A stretch of 64,000 nt of DNA from Lentimicrobiaceae bacterium (GCA_037446395.1 JBBIIP010000004.1:17625-81624), one strand, 5' to 3'. Shown: positions 29,939-40,246, counted from the first letter of the stretch. Translations and numbers: made by a program. Notes: generated by a model not told the origin, from the sequence alone.

Positions 29939-31429
29939 TTATTTTGAGATTACCTTTTCTAATTCCGACTTCCATTTTGAGTATGCTTGCATATATTGCT
30001 CTCGATTGCTATGATCTGGTTCGATTGTATCGAGTTTCTGCAGGTTGGCGAAGGCTTCAGGGGCGGAAGCAAAGAATCCTGCACCAATTCCTCCTCCAAG
30101 GGCAGCTCCAACCGATCCATCCGTGTCATACAGCTCAATCGTTGCATTGCTCACGCTTGCCAGTGTATCGCGGAAAACCTGGCTTAGAAACATATTGGTT
30201 TTACCAGCGCGTATAATCTTCGTGTCAATCCCAACTTGTTTCATGATTTCCATTCCGTACTTGAACGAAAATGCAATGCCTTCTTGTGCAGCTCTATAAA
30301 GGTGAAATGGATTATGTATATTAAAATTTATTCCCGACAAGTGAGAGCCAATATCTTCGTTTCGCAAGATTCTTTCTGCGCCGTTTCCGAAAGGGAGCAC
30401 AATAATTCCTTCTGAGCCGATTGGAATATTCAAAGCTTGTTGATTCATTTGGTCATAGGTGCGCGCTTGAGTAGCCAAAGTCCTTTTCATCCATGCATTT
30501 TGAATTCCTGCACCATTAATGCACAAGAGGACTCCGAGTCTATTATGGCCGGAATTATGGTTAACATGTGCAAATGTGTTGATACGAGAAAAAGTGTCGT
30601 ACTTAAGTTCGTCGCTTACACCATAAACAACGCCTGAAGTTCCTGCTGTGGCAGCAACTTCTCCGGGATTAAGCACGTTGAGCGATAGTGCGTTGTTGGG
30701 CTGATCTCCTGCCCTGTACCCTATCTTGATGCCTGGCAACAGCCCTAGTTCTTTTGCTGCGGAATTTGATACTATTCCCTGAACCGAAAAAGTTGGAGTG
30801 ATTTCCGGAATGATTTTATTGCTGAAACCATAATAATCAAGTATCATGTCAGAAACCTTTTCATCCTTGAAATCCCAGAAAATTCCTTCGGACAGCCCGC
30901 TGGCAGTAGTTTTGATGTCACCGGAGAGTTTCATGGCAATATAATCGCCCGGAAGCATGATTTTGCTAATTCGGTTATAAACGTTTGGTTCATTCTCCTT
31001 TACCCATTTCAGTTTTGAGGCAGTAAAATTGCCTGGAGAATTGAGTAAAGTTGACAGGCAATTTTCTTCTCCGAGGGCATGAAAAGCGGTATCTCCTATT
31101 TGAGCCGCCCTGCTATCGCACCAGATAATGGATGGCCTGATTACGGTTTGAGTTTTGTCAACCATTACAAGTCCATGCATTTGGTAAGAAATCCCGATTG
31201 AATAAATGTCAGCGGGATTAATTTTTGAGATGTTTAGTACTTCTGAGAGGGCAAGTTTTAGGTTGTCCCACCACATTTCAGGATCCTGTTCAGCCCAGCC
31301 CGGTTTTAGGGCTGTAATCTTCATTTCTTGCTTAGGATAAAAAGCAGATGCAATACTTTTACTGCTTGCGCCATCAACAATTGAAACTTTTACTGAAGAA
31401 CTTCCAATATCAAATCCTAATAAGTACAT
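29939..31429 (-). CDS. xylB: Xylulokinase (FGGY carbohydrate kinase)
   Basis: 496 aa. It has the FGGY N-terminal GFDIGSSSVK motif and the C-terminal …GGGIGAG… region, and it is adjacent to xylA. Confidence 0.9.
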   Translation of the reverse strand: MYLLGFDIGSSSVKVSIVDGASSKSIASAFYPKQEMKITALKPGWAEQDPEMWWDNLKLALSEVLNISKINPADIYSIGISYQMHGLVMVDKTQTVIRPSIIWCDSRAAQIGDTAFHALGEENCLSTLLNSPGNFTASKLKWVKENEPNVYNRISKIMLPGDYIAMKLSGDIKTTASGLSEGIFWDFKDEKVSDMILDYYGFSNKIIPEITPTFSVQGIVSNSAAKELGLLPGIKIGYRAGDQPNNALSLNVLNPGEVAATAGTSGVVYGVSDELKYDTFSRINTFAHVNHNSGHNRLGVLLCINGAGIQNAWMKRTLATQARTYDQMNQQALNIPIGSEGIIVLPFGNGAERILRNEDIGSHLSGINFNIHNPFHLYRAAQEGIAFSFKYGMEIMKQVGIDTKIIRAGKTNMFLSQVFRDTLASVSNATIELYDTDGSVGAALGGGIGAGFFASAPEAFANLQKLDTIEPDHSNREQYMQAYSKWKSELEKVISK

Positions 31430-31469
31430 CGCATTATTTTTAATTACAAAGTGAATGGCTTTTTGGATA

Positions 31470-32474
31470 TTAAGTAGAGTTTCTGAGAATCAAATTGGTA
31501 GGAACAGTATGTTTCAAAGGTTGTCCTTGTAGAACAAATGCGGCAGCCATTTTGCCTAACATTACAAAATCGGTTGAGAGGACTGTAATGCCATTCTTCA
31601 CATACTTTTTCATTGGGGTTTCGTTATATGAAATTACCCCCACATCTACTCCCAGCTGAAGCCTCTTTTCCTCGCACTGATCAAGAAAACATGCCAGGGT
31701 GCGGTCGCTGACCAATAAATACAAATCTCCACGTTTCACATTGAATTGTTTGTAATCGTCGAGAATAAAACCCTTCAGTTGATAATCTCCAAGGAATTTC
31801 CTGAAATATTTTTTTGAAATCTCAGGATGATAGGTGAATTCGGGGTAAAGATAAATTAACCGCTCGTATTTTCTGATAATATCAAGATGTTTTAGCAAAG
31901 CATCGTATACTGGTTGCCCAAAATCCTGTCGCACAAAGGAATGTTCAGGCTTTCCGTGTATGTCCCAATCAATTAACAGTAGCTTATCAGCCTGAATTTG
32001 TTGAATAATTCGAGAAACCCTGGGGTGGTCAAAATTCATTATTACAAATTTGCTGCATTTTCCAAGACTTGATTTTATTATTTGTTCAAAAACGTCAATA
32101 TTATAGTGATGAAAATGAACGTCTACCGAAAAATTCTTTGGCAAATTTTCAATAAAGGATGCATAGAGTACCTCTTTATATGCTTTGATTGTGTCGAGAA
32201 AAAGCAAAACTTTTGGGTTTGTTCTTGCAACAAAGTATCCCCGGTTAGGAATTGACTCTATTATTCCTTGCTTTTTTAGCTCGGCATAGGCTTTGAAAAC
32301 AGTGTCGCGAGATAGTTTGCAATCATCGCATACCTGATTGACCGATGGAAGAATATCTCCTGTGGTTAACTCATTGTGGTTCACAGCTTCATTCACCTGA
32401 TCAACCAGTTGCAGGAATTTATAGTTTCCTAAAGAATGATCGATATTAAAAGTGAACTTGCTAAATGTTCGCAT
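31470..32474 (-). CDS. AraR-type transcriptional regulator (GntR-family wHTH plus LacI/PBP1-type sugar-binding domain), first gene of the xyl operon
   Basis: 334 aa. It has an N-terminal GntR HTH (LPSVNQVCDDCKLSRDTVFKAYAELKKQGIIESIPNRGYFV) and a C-terminal ~250 aa with a periplasmic-binding-protein-like alternating pattern. Confidence 0.75.
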   Translation of the reverse strand: MRTFSKFTFNIDHSLGNYKFLQLVDQVNEAVNHNELTTGDILPSVNQVCDDCKLSRDTVFKAYAELKKQGIIESIPNRGYFVARTNPKVLLFLDTIKAYKEVLYASFIENLPKNFSVDVHFHHYNIDVFEQIIKSSLGKCSKFVIMNFDHPRVSRIIQQIQADKLLLIDWDIHGKPEHSFVRQDFGQPVYDALLKHLDIIRKYERLIYLYPEFTYHPEISKKYFRKFLGDYQLKGFILDDYKQFNVKRGDLYLLVSDRTLACFLDQCEEKRLQLGVDVGVISYNETPMKKYVKNGITVLSTDFVMLGKMAAAFVLQGQPLKHTVPTNLILRNST

Positions 32475-32497
32475 CTGATATGTTCTATTCTGGTCTG

Positions 32498-32505
32498 CAA
32501 AAATA
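32498..32505 (-). promoter_or_regulatory. Candidate -7 box TATTTTTG for the regulator-xylB-xylA-xylE operon, bracketed by two TGGTCT repeats
   Basis: The reverse strand reads TTTTTTATTTTTGCAGACCAGAATAGAACATATCAG-ATG. TGGTCT occurs at 32491..32496 and 32521..32526 (plus strand), exactly 30 bp apart. Confidence 0.45.
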
Positions 32506-32814
32506 AAAAATTGTATAATTTGGTCTATGCTACAAAAATCATTTTCCCGAAGTTTTTGACCTTTGAGATTTGTAGCAATTATAGCCTATTTCTTGAACTT
32601 CATAATACAAACCAAGTTTCCCCGTCTTTGATGTTGATTCAAATGAGCAATTCGGGTAGGTGTGAGTGTTAACCTGAAAATTGATCATCAGGTTTATTAG
32701 CATTTGTTTGTATTGGATATTGATATGATTTTCTAATAACGATTCTGTCACAGGTTTTAATTGAGTGTTTTTTCAGACAATTACAATTAATTAAACTACT
32801 ATGCTCTTGTTCTG

Positions 32815-35800
32815 TTATTTAGATGTTGATGCAGGTTGGTTGCGACCGGTATAATCGCTTGGTTTGATCCCATAAAAATCATGAAAACACCTCGAAAAGT
32901 GCGACACGGATGAAAACCCAGTTAAAAAGGCAATTTCTTTCATAAAGCCGGCATTGCCATCAATGAGTTGTGCAGCCTTTTGCAGTCTTATTTTGCGAAT
33001 GAATTCGCTGGGTGGTTGGCCAGTAATTTTTTTAACTTTCCGGAATAAGTGTACGCGGCTCATTCCAACCAAATGGCTCAATTCCTCAGTATTGAGCTTT
33101 GGGTCCGCAATTTTTTCTTCTATCACCAAAAGAATCTTATCCATCAGCTTTTTATCAGCCGAAGAAAAAATTGAATTTGCAGCACTGATATTTCCACCCG
33201 GGCTATATTTAATTTTAATACGTTCCCGGTTGCAAAGCAAGTTATTGATATTTTTTCGGAGTAGTTCCGCGCTGAAAGGTTTTACGAGGTATGCGTCAGC
33301 CCCCATATCCAGGCCTTCTGCCCGATCCTCGTCGCGAGATTTAGCAGTAATCAGTAATATAGGAAGGTGCGTCGTCGTAGGATTTGATTTAAGCTTTCGG
33401 CACAATGCGATTCCATCCATTACCGGCATCATTATATCGGTTACGACAACATCGGGCATCTTTTGGTACACCTTTTCCAGCGCTTCTCTCCCGTTTGTGC
33501 TAAGGATAAGATTGTAATGATCGCTCAATTCATCTATCAGATACTCGAGCATATCAGAATCATCCTCAGCTACAAGAACGAGATGTTTTGGCTTTTTTCT
33601 TATCTTGGATTCTTTTGTAGAAAGTGCGGGGGAAGGAGAAACGGCCATTTGATGTGGAGAAACTTTTCGAGTAAGAAAATTTGAGACCGTATCATTTAAA
33701 ATATAATGATGGTTATTGGTTTTTTCGCCTGAGGCTTTGATTTGACTGTGAGGAATTAGTACATGAAAAATGCTGCCTGTTTGATCTTTGCGGTTTTCGG
33801 CATAGATTACCCCATTCTGAATCTCGATTAAGGTTCGAGAAAGGTGAAGGCCAATGCCTGTTCCTGAATTTATTGTATGCCTATTTTCTGCCTGATAAAA
33901 TCGATCGAAAATTTTATCAAGGTCTTCAGATTCTATTCCATGACCCGTGTCGGAAATTGATATTCTTACGTGGTTCTGAATAATCCCGTCTTTCCCAGGG
34001 CAATAATCAGTCGTGACAAAAACCTCGATGGTGCCATTTTCGGGTGTAAACTTAAAAGCGTTCGACAATACATTATAAATCACTTTATCAAAATTATCCG
34101 GATCTATCCTTACAAGTAACTCGCTAAAATCATGGTGATAGGTGTAGGAAATCTTTTTTGAATTTGCAATGTAGTCAAATGCCTGCATAATTTCTTCTAT
34201 AAACTTAATCAGATCAATGGTTTGATAGTTGACAGAAAGTTGGCCACTATCAATCTTCCTAACATCGAGCAATTGATTTACCAGCCGAACTAATCGTTGC
34301 GTGTTCTTGTAGAGTAGCATGTACTTTTTCTCGAGGCGTGTTTCTTTGTTTTCTAAAATTAATGATTCAAGCGGGCCGGAAATCAGAGACAACGGTGTAC
34401 GAATTTCGTGGGAAATGTTTGTAAAAAATTGCAGCTTTGCTTCGTTTATTTTTTCTTGTTGTTCGTGCTGCAGTAGTTCCTGGCGGTATTTGATCCGGCC
34501 TCTGATGAAAAGGAAAACAAAATAAAATAATAAAAGAGCGAAGAATAAATAAATCATCTTAAACCACCATGCAGCCCACCATGGCTTAGAAATCATGATT
34601 ACAACCTGTCGTGTTTTGGAGAAAGCTTCTTTGTCTGCAGCCCTAATTTCGAAGATATATTTTCCAGGTTCCAAATTGGTGTAAGTTGCTCTTCTGTTTA
34701 CCACATCTGTTGTATTCCAGTTAGGATCGAAACCAATGAGGCGATATTGATAGAATATTCTTTCCGGGTTGCTATATCCGATGGTTGAAAACTCTATGCT
34801 AAAATTTTTATGATGCCATGCGAGCTCAATGGTATCAACTTTATCAATTGGCTTGCTCAGAATAATACGGTTGTCAATTTTTTCATCAATTTGAACTGCT
34901 CTATTAAAAAGAATTAGGTCGGTCAGATATACTTCGGGGATGTTTCTATCTCTAATAATCTGGTCTGGAACAAACCAAGTAATGCCATTTATACCTCCGA
35001 AGAAGAGTTCTCCTTTTTGAGTTCGTAAAGTTGAGTTTCTGCGAAACTCATTGCCTTGAAGACCATCATGCACATAATAATTCTCAAAAGTACTCTCATT
35101 CAAAGAAAAGCATGAAATACCAAAATGTGTCGAAATCCATAATTGTTTCTTGCGATCCTCAAGAATCGCACAAATCACGTTGTTACAAAGGCCATCCTTC
35201 GTAGTGTAAAAAGATGAACTGTTTTCCTTTTTGTTGTAACGCACCAACCCTTCGTTGGTTCCAATCCATATGTTTTTTTCCGAATCCTCGGTGATGTAAT
35301 AAACAATATTATTTGGCAGTAGGTTGTTGGAGGTACTGAGTATCCTAAAAGTCCCTGTGGCAGGATTAAGAACGCTTATTCTATTATAAGTTCCTATCCA
35401 AACGAAGTCGTCGCTATCGCAGTAAACGGTATTCACCCAATTGTTGCATATACTTCGTTCTGGCTGATAGGGATTTTGCATATACCTTGTAAACTGGCGT
35501 GTTTTCGGGTTGAATTTGTTCAGTCCACCTCCGCTTGTACCAATCCATAGGTTCCCTTTTTTGTCCTTGGTAATACACTGAACCTTGTCATTCGACAGGC
35601 TATTATCATTGAGTTGGTTATGCTTGAAATGTTCTGTCCGGTCGGTCGCGGGCTGATATTTGAAGAAGCCCTCGAGAGAAGTACCTACCCATAGGTGATC
35701 CTGATCATCTACACAAATTGATGTGATGGATTTTGAATAGGTTTGAGCGGGCTTTTTTCCGATTATCAGTTTATTTATTTGTCCGCTTGTTGAGGAATAA

Positions 35801-36957
35801 GTGTATAAACCATCCGTATCTGTTCCAATCCATGTATTTCCGTTTTTTTGTTCACCAATTGCAGTAATGCAGCCAGAGCCAAGGTCTTTCTGACCGGTCT
35901 GTTGATAAGTAATGGTGTTGAAACGGTTCGGTTTTCCGAGTACCAACACAACGCCCTTTTGAAATACCCCCAGCCAAAGGTTACCTTCATGGTCTTCAGT
36001 AACAGTATGAATTTTTGATTTGTTGACATCAAATCGTGATAATGCGATTTGCTTTGGTTCAAGAATTCCCTTTTCCGAGTTAAGTCTCCAAATTCCCAAT
36101 CCATCTGTTCCGATCCACAGGTTGAATTTTTTATCACTGAAAATGCTTCGGATCGGTAGGTTATTGTCTATTCCGTTTGAAGCTGGAATTACGCTAAATG
36201 CTTTTTCATTTTCCAAAAACTTATTAACACCACCATTGATGGTTCCTATTAAAATATTTCTGCGGTCGTCCTCACAAACATCGGTGATGTAATTGCTGCT
36301 TAACGAATTGCTAACTCCTGACAAATGCCTGTAGATGGTTAGGGTGTTACTGCCAGGTTCAAATAGGTTGATGCCTTCGTTTTCGGTTCCTATCCAAAGC
36401 CTTCCTCTATAATCTTCAAAGATGCATTCCAGAAACTCGCTGCTCAGCTTTTGGGTTAACTCAATGTCTGTATATCCAGTGGTTTGACCCAGTTTAATCT
36501 TTGCTATACCTTGTCCTGAAGTTGCAACGAGCATTTCGCCGTTTGCTGATTCAATAATTGAGGTTACATGAGGTCGTAGCCTAAGAGTATCGCGGTACAA
36601 AACAATCTCCCGAAACTTATCTTTATGCGCATCATAGGTCATCAACCCATTAATGCAACCCACCCACAATTTATTTCGCTTATCCAGATAAAGAGTTCGT
36701 ACAAAGTTACTTGTGAGTGAACTGGAATCATCGCGTTTGTTTCTGTATGTAACAAATTTTAGTCCGTCGAAGCGATTTAGCCCATCTTCAGTGGCAATCC
36801 AAATAAAATTTTCATGATCCTGTACAATACTGGTAACCATACTGTTTGACAGTTCTCTGTCAGAAGAATAATACTTGACAGGTTGGCTATAAACCTCCTG
36901 TGAAACCAGCAAAAGGGCAAGAAGAATTTGATGCCTTATGTTTCGAAATATTACCAT
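32815..36957 (-). CDS. Hybrid two-component system sensor/regulator (HTCS) of the xylan PUL
   Basis: 1380 aa. It has a signal segment, ~750 aa of two-component-regulator beta-propeller repeats plus a Y_Y_Y region, and a TM helix (WWFKMIYLFFALLLFYFVFLFI). These are followed by HisKA (SHEIRTPLS), HATPase (DTGHGI…GTGIGL), a receiver (VLVAEDD…VVTDIMMPVMDG…K) and a C-terminal AraC-type HTH. Confidence 0.95.
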   Translation of the reverse strand: MVIFRNIRHQILLALLLVSQEVYSQPVKYYSSDRELSNSMVTSIVQDHENFIWIATEDGLNRFDGLKFVTYRNKRDDSSSLTSNFVRTLYLDKRNKLWVGCINGLMTYDAHKDKFREIVLYRDTLRLRPHVTSIIESANGEMLVATSGQGIAKIKLGQTTGYTDIELTQKLSSEFLECIFEDYRGRLWIGTENEGINLFEPGSNTLTIYRHLSGVSNSLSSNYITDVCEDDRRNILIGTINGGVNKFLENEKAFSVIPASNGIDNNLPIRSIFSDKKFNLWIGTDGLGIWRLNSEKGILEPKQIALSRFDVNKSKIHTVTEDHEGNLWLGVFQKGVVLVLGKPNRFNTITYQQTGQKDLGSGCITAIGEQKNGNTWIGTDTDGLYTYSSTSGQINKLIIGKKPAQTYSKSITSICVDDQDHLWVGTSLEGFFKYQPATDRTEHFKHNQLNDNSLSNDKVQCITKDKKGNLWIGTSGGGLNKFNPKTRQFTRYMQNPYQPERSICNNWVNTVYCDSDDFVWIGTYNRISVLNPATGTFRILSTSNNLLPNNIVYYITEDSEKNIWIGTNEGLVRYNKKENSSSFYTTKDGLCNNVICAILEDRKKQLWISTHFGISCFSLNESTFENYYVHDGLQGNEFRRNSTLRTQKGELFFGGINGITWFVPDQIIRDRNIPEVYLTDLILFNRAVQIDEKIDNRIILSKPIDKVDTIELAWHHKNFSIEFSTIGYSNPERIFYQYRLIGFDPNWNTTDVVNRRATYTNLEPGKYIFEIRAADKEAFSKTRQVVIMISKPWWAAWWFKMIYLFFALLLFYFVFLFIRGRIKYRQELLQHEQQEKINEAKLQFFTNISHEIRTPLSLISGPLESLILENKETRLEKKYMLLYKNTQRLVRLVNQLLDVRKIDSGQLSVNYQTIDLIKFIEEIMQAFDYIANSKKISYTYHHDFSELLVRIDPDNFDKVIYNVLSNAFKFTPENGTIEVFVTTDYCPGKDGIIQNHVRISISDTGHGIESEDLDKIFDRFYQAENRHTINSGTGIGLHLSRTLIEIQNGVIYAENRKDQTGSIFHVLIPHSQIKASGEKTNNHHYILNDTVSNFLTRKVSPHQMAVSPSPALSTKESKIRKKPKHLVLVAEDDSDMLEYLIDELSDHYNLILSTNGREALEKVYQKMPDVVVTDIMMPVMDGIALCRKLKSNPTTTHLPILLITAKSRDEDRAEGLDMGADAYLVKPFSAELLRKNINNLLCNRERIKIKYSPGGNISAANSIFSSADKKLMDKILLVIEEKIADPKLNTEELSHLVGMSRVHLFRKVKKITGQPPSEFIRKIRLQKAAQLIDGNAGFMKEIAFLTGFSSVSHFSRCFHDFYGIKPSDYTGRNQPASTSK

Positions 36958-36973
36958 ATGTTACTAACCGAGC

Positions 36974-36981
36974 CAAAAATA
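36974..36981 (-). promoter_or_regulatory. Candidate -7 box TATTTTTG for the HTCS gene
   Basis: The reverse strand reads CTTTTATTTTTGGCTCGGTTAGTAACAT-ATG, 17 nt upstream of ATG 36957. Confidence 0.4.
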
Positions 36982-37022
36982 AAAGAATGCAATATTAATT
37001 TTATTTATTAAATCCTCAATGA

Positions 37023-37124
37023 TGTAACCAATAAAAAAACAAAAGCAACAATTCTGCAAATGCTGTAACATTTAAAGCAGCCTGTGTAACAAAATTGATA
37101 GGAATCGGCTACAAATGTTGTAAC
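37023..37124 (+). promoter_or_regulatory. Four same-orientation TGTAAC motifs in the HTCS/susC divergent control region (candidate AraC-domain operator array)
   Basis: TGTAAC occurs at 37023-28, 37064-69, 37085-90 and 37119-24. Copies 2 and 3 are 21 bp apart. Copies 2 and 4 share the extended 13-mer CAAATG[C/T]TGTAAC (37057-69 and 37112-24). The last copy overlaps the susC -7 box. Confidence 0.45.
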
Positions 37125-37128
37125 TTTG
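37121..37128 (+). promoter_or_regulatory. Candidate -7 box TAACTTTG for the susC operon, with a possible -33 TTG at 37095-97
   Basis: TTGTAACTTTGTATATG is an exact TAnnTTTG match. It lies 50 nt upstream of the signal-peptide ATG at 37178. Confidence 0.5.
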
Positions 37129-37177
37129 TATATGTGAAAAAATGTTAAATTTTATGTCTAACCTAAAAAATGCACAA

Positions 37178-40100
37178 ATGAAATTACTACACCTAAAAAA
37201 GGCGCTAGGATTAACACTCTTTGCACTTATTTTTTCCGGTACCAATGTATGGGGACAAACCATACTTGTACGGGGAAATGTTAAGGACCAAAAAGGAGAA
37301 AGTTTGCCTGGGGTCAATGTTGTATTGCAGGGAACAATGCAGGGAACAGTAACCGGATTGGATGGGGTTTATTCTATTCAAGCCTCAGTAAACGGAACAC
37401 TTGTTTTCTCTTACATTGGTTTTAAAAGTAAGACTGTTCCTGTCAAATCGCAACAAGTAATTAATGTTGTTCTTGAACCCGACGTCTTGGGGCTCGATGA
37501 ATTTGTGGTTATTGGCTATGGTGCCCAGCGAAAAAGCGACATTACAGGATCAATCGCGAGTGTCGACGTTTCGAAAATTAGAGATGTGCCTGCTGCCAAT
37601 ATCTCGCGCGCCTTACAAGGGAAAATTGCAGGTGTTGAGATCCAAAGTACATCTACACGTCCTGGCGGAAGTACACAAATCCGAATTCGTGGAAATCGCT
37701 CTTTATCTGCCTCAAACGACCCCCTCATTGTGGTTGATGGTATTCCATTCGGAGGAAGCCTGAATGACATCAGCACCGATGACATTGCATCTCTCGAAGT
37801 TTTAAAAGATGCATCAGCAACAGTAATCTATGGATCGCGTGGCTCAAATGGCGTTGTACTTATAACAACCAAAAGGGGCTCAGAAGGCGATCTGAAAATA
37901 TCCTATAATGGATATCAGGGTCTAACAACAGTTGCCCGAAGCTATAAGGTATTCAATGCAGAGGAATTTGTAAATCTAAGAACAGCAGCAGGTTATACCA
38001 ACTATCTGCCGGTCGAGAAAGAATCAATGCTTCTTGGGCGCGATGTTGATTGGCAGGATTTGGTTTATCAAACGGGCCAGACTGCAAACCATGAAATTAC
38101 ATTGTCTGCTGGGACCAATAAAACAAAGTATGCTATTTCTGGAGGTTACTTCCGGGAATCTGGTGTGTTACCACATATCGCCTTTACCCGCTATAGCATG
38201 AGGGCTGCCGTTGATCAGTTGATCGGCAGTAGAATTAAGATTGGCATAACTTCGATGAATTCAGCGGGCATCACGGATGGTCAATCAGCAAACCCGATGT
38301 TTCAATTGGTTTGCCTCTCTCCACTAACCACTCCTTATAACCTGGATGGGACAATCAATGAAAGACCAATGTTTGACACTGATGATTATTACAGCCCCTT
38401 GACCTTGCAAGATAAGACGAGGTGGAAGGAACAAAACCGGAGGTATGCATCATTCAATACATTATATGGAGAGCTACAAATTCTAACAGGCTTGAAATAC
38501 AGGTTAAACCTTGGGCTTGATATCAGCGATAATAAATATAATAATTTCTATGGTTCGGATACACCATTCAGAAATGGGATGCAAAATCAGGCACGGGTGC
38601 AAGCGTCAGATAACTTTGCATACACGATTGAAAACTTGATCATGTTCGATAAAGAGTTCGCTGCAGGCCATCGTGTCGGTTTCACAGGGATGTTCAGCGT
38701 ACAGGAGTCCGAATCAACCGGTTCTCGAATTGACGCATTAAATGTTCCCGTAAACTATCTTCAATATCATAATCTATTCCTTGCCGGAAGTTCATCAGTG
38801 CCCAGAGACAATAACTTCTATTCAAAGTGGGGGCTGCTATCATATATGGCCCGGGCAAACTACGCTTACAAAGACAAGTATCTACTTACAATTACTGGTC
38901 GTGCAGATGGATCATCCAGGCTTGCTCCAGGCAACAAATGGCATTATTATCCGGCATTTGCCCTTGGCTGGAATATCACGAAAGAAGATTTCATGCAAAA
39001 TATGCAGTTTATATCTAACCTTAAACTTCGTGCCGGCCATGGACAGACTTCGAACACTTCTGTTGCCCCATACAGCACATTGGGAGGCCTGACAGGTACA
39101 TTCTATAATTTCGGTGCAACTGGGGTAAAAGGATATTATGTGTCCACATTACCAAATTCTAAACTCAGTTGGGAATACACCACAACAACCAACATAGGGT
39201 TGGATTTCGGTTTCCTCGATGGAAGAATTTATGGCTCGGTTGATGCATATCTTCAGAAAACCCATGATTTGCTTCTCGGCAAACAGCTTCCGGCTTCATC
39301 TGGCGTTCCTGGCACAGTGCTAACCAATGTAGGTCAAACCGAGAACAAAGGCCTCGAGTTCGTACTGAACGGCATAGCGATTAGTCCAAAAGTACAAGGA
39401 GGGTTCATGTGGGAGATAAATGCAAACCTCTTCCTTAACCGGGAAAAAATTGTTGCACTCTCCGATCCTTCAATTATCAGGGACGTGGGCAACGGTTGGT
39501 TTGTTGGCCATCCATCCAGTGCAATCTACGATTATGTAAAGGTTGGAATTTGGCAGCTTTCAGAAGCTGAAGAAGCAGCAAAATACGGAGCAAAGCCGGG
39601 GCAAATCAAATTGCTTGATTTTGCAGGTGGCGGCGTAAACAAAGACTCGATAGATGGCAGGATTTCAGATGCAGACAGAAGAATTCTTGGTTCGTCTCAA
39701 CCTGATTTTCAGGGTGGTTTTACATCGACATTCAGGTATAAGGGCTTTGACCTTTCTGTTGTAAGTTATTTCCGGATTGGAGGAATGCTTATCAGCAACC
39801 TGCATATGCCAAACGATTATGTAAACCGTTTGGATGGGCGCCGCAATGGATTGAAAGTTGATTACTGGACTCCTACGAACCCAACCAATGATATGCCACA
39901 GCCTAATGCTGCTTTTGACGCTGCCCGCACAGGTGTTCTCGGATACTTCGATGCCTCATTTGTTAAAATCAGAAGCATCAACCTGGGTTATGACCTCAAT
40001 AAGAAATGGCTCAAATTTTTGGGAGCATCTTCATCCATGAGAATGTTTGCCAGCATTTCAGACCCATTCCTTTTATTTTCTCCATATGTTGAAGCCGGAG

Positions 40101-40234
40101 GTGTTGATCCAGAACCCACCGGAACAGGGCAAACAATCGGAGGTGGCGAAGGCCCACCTGCCCGCGCACTCCGCATTGGTCTGAATACTCCCCCTACCAG
40201 GAAATTCATCTTTGGTATTAATTACAAATTTTAA
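37178..40234 (+). CDS. susC: SusC-like TonB-dependent outer-membrane transporter (ORF track starts at 37142; the signal peptide begins at ATG 37178)
   Basis: It has the signal peptide MKLLHLKKALGLTLFALIFSGTNVWGQ and a carboxypeptidase-regulatory-like domain (ILVRGNVKDQKGESLPGVNVV). A plug with DEFVVIGYG, a long beta-barrel and the terminal …FGINYKF follow. Confidence 0.95.
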   Translation: MKLLHLKKALGLTLFALIFSGTNVWGQTILVRGNVKDQKGESLPGVNVVLQGTMQGTVTGLDGVYSIQASVNGTLVFSYIGFKSKTVPVKSQQVINVVLEPDVLGLDEFVVIGYGAQRKSDITGSIASVDVSKIRDVPAANISRALQGKIAGVEIQSTSTRPGGSTQIRIRGNRSLSASNDPLIVVDGIPFGGSLNDISTDDIASLEVLKDASATVIYGSRGSNGVVLITTKRGSEGDLKISYNGYQGLTTVARSYKVFNAEEFVNLRTAAGYTNYLPVEKESMLLGRDVDWQDLVYQTGQTANHEITLSAGTNKTKYAISGGYFRESGVLPHIAFTRYSMRAAVDQLIGSRIKIGITSMNSAGITDGQSANPMFQLVCLSPLTTPYNLDGTINERPMFDTDDYYSPLTLQDKTRWKEQNRRYASFNTLYGELQILTGLKYRLNLGLDISDNKYNNFYGSDTPFRNGMQNQARVQASDNFAYTIENLIMFDKEFAAGHRVGFTGMFSVQESESTGSRIDALNVPVNYLQYHNLFLAGSSSVPRDNNFYSKWGLLSYMARANYAYKDKYLLTITGRADGSSRLAPGNKWHYYPAFALGWNITKEDFMQNMQFISNLKLRAGHGQTSNTSVAPYSTLGGLTGTFYNFGATGVKGYYVSTLPNSKLSWEYTTTTNIGLDFGFLDGRIYGSVDAYLQKTHDLLLGKQLPASSGVPGTVLTNVGQTENKGLEFVLNGIAISPKVQGGFMWEINANLFLNREKIVALSDPSIIRDVGNGWFVGHPSSAIYDYVKVGIWQLSEAEEAAKYGAKPGQIKLLDFAGGGVNKDSIDGRISDADRRILGSSQPDFQGGFTSTFRYKGFDLSVVSYFRIGGMLISNLHMPNDYVNRLDGRRNGLKVDYWTPTNPTNDMPQPNAAFDAARTGVLGYFDASFVKIRSINLGYDLNKKWLKFLGASSSMRMFASISDPFLLFSPYVEAGGVDPEPTGTGQTIGGGEGPPARALRIGLNTPPTRKFIFGINYKF

Positions 40235-40246
40235 AACATAAACCAT

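Noticed and set aside
37072-37317. 81-aa minus-strand ORF across the susC promoter and start
   Set aside because: It overlaps the susC signal-peptide region and the divergent promoter, and has no recognisable features.
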